From the NCBI GenBank assembly GCA_017499595.2, contig CM039002.1, positions 3,224,001 through 3,288,000 of the forward strand: a stretch of DNA of 64,000 bases. Direction: 5' to 3'. The position numbers were made by a program, and so were the translations under genes. Each line of letters begins with the position of its first letter. Positions within the stretch are counted from its first letter, which is position 1. Shown one piece after another: positions 63,238 through 64,000 of this stretch. The DNA comes from Psilocybe cubensis (taxonomy: Eukaryota). The notes beneath the pieces are model-generated. The model saw nothing but the letters and a program-made list of their open reading frames with translations, was not told where the DNA came from and made no database searches.

Positions 63238-64000
63238 ATGTCCGACGAAAAAAGACCCTGCTTAGGGTGCCATAAACTCTTCGTACCAGGTCGCTCCTTG
63301 AAGCAGCATACCAACAAATGTAAAAAATATCCTGCTGCAATGAGCAAGGTCCTGAAGGGGTTCCAGGAAAACTTCAGCAGGCAGAATCAGAACAGTAATG
63401 TTGCCAGTGGTTCTTCGCACCAGGCAACCCTTAATAATGAGCCCGGGCCTATGGACGTTGATGTCCATCATGAGTATCTCGATGTGGATATGGTACCACC
63501 TCCAATGCCCCCTGCGCCTCCACCTAAATCACCAACACCACCACCACATCCCCCGACACCACCACCTCCCATTGAACGGCCCAGAGGACTTCCTCCACGC
63601 GTTATTAGATTGCCACAGCGCTTCCAAGACGAGGTCCCACCCGAACCTCCTCTAATTATACCACCAGTCGTGGAGGAGGAACCACCTCAGCCTCAGGAAC
63701 CTCCATCTGTGGAGAGTCTGTATCGAACACCAATGAATGGCTATGGGATATTTCGAGAGTATACCTATGGTCCCCCTTCTATTACTCCTGACGAACATTT
63801 CACACTGTCATCAGTGTCCGATTCTCCAAATATTGCCAAAGACCCAGCCGACTCTTTGAGAAAGGCGTCAGAGGGAACACCAATGGCCCTACCTTCGGAT
63901 TGGTCCTTGGATTCTGAGCCAAAAGACGACAAGAGCTTGCTATTCAAAAATCGTTCTACTCAACTTATCATGTCTTGGTTTTACAACGGCCACGGTACTA
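63238..64000 (+). CDS. 5' part of a probable second Plavaka transposase (runs off the window; absent from the ORF track)
   Basis: Hand-translated open frame MSDEKRPCLGCHKLF...LKQHTNKC (C2HC finger), Pro-rich linker, IRLPQRFQD, YRTPMNGYGIFREY...PSITPD, FKNRSTQLIMSWFYNG. Resembles Plavaka N-termini; the catalytic core is not in the window. Confidence 0.65.
   Translation, partial: MSDEKRPCLGCHKLFVPGRSLKQHTNKCKKYPAAMSKVLKGFQENFSRQNQNSNVASGSSHQATLNNEPGPMDVDVHHEYLDVDMVPPPMPPAPPPKSPTPPPHPPTPPPPIERPRGLPPRVIRLPQRFQDEVPPEPPLIIPPVVEEEPPQPQEPPSVESLYRTPMNGYGIFREYTYGPPSITPDEHFTLSSVSDSPNIAKDPADSLRKASEGTPMALPSDWSLDSEPKDDKSLLFKNRSTQLIMSWFYNGHGT

Overview
Eukaryotic, intron-containing DNA that looks like an agaricomycete (mushroom-forming basidiomycete) fungus. 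This is inferred from ~50-bp GT..AG introns and from Plavaka, KDZ and Ngaro transposons. Bases 1 to ~14,000 are host-like: a TEA/ATTS transcription factor, a Ser/Pro-rich hypothetical protein, an F-box/LRR gene, a broken F-box/LRR gene and one MITE. From ~14,000 to the window end lies a ~50-kb nest of mostly decayed mobile elements. In order: a Plavaka transposase with an adjacent cyclin-box gene, a KDZ (CxC2) transposase with a divergent possible TET/JBP remnant, a deleted RecQ-type helicase (AcademH-like), a Ngaro tyrosine-recombinase retrotransposon with split repeats, two copies of a 1.64-kb solo-LTR-like element with 4-bp TSDs, several MITEs, a PIF1 helicase plus papain-like protease remnant, a CACTA/Tnp2 element, a truncated Copia, and a second probable Plavaka element. 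Many disabling lesions are C>T or G>A transitions, often at CpG. The most striking unexplained signal is two arrays (6 and 8 units) of a hairpin with an invariant AGGCTCATTGC loop and covarying stems. Each array lies just upstream of a start codon in the last element. All family assignments come from motif recognition by eye; no database search was run.
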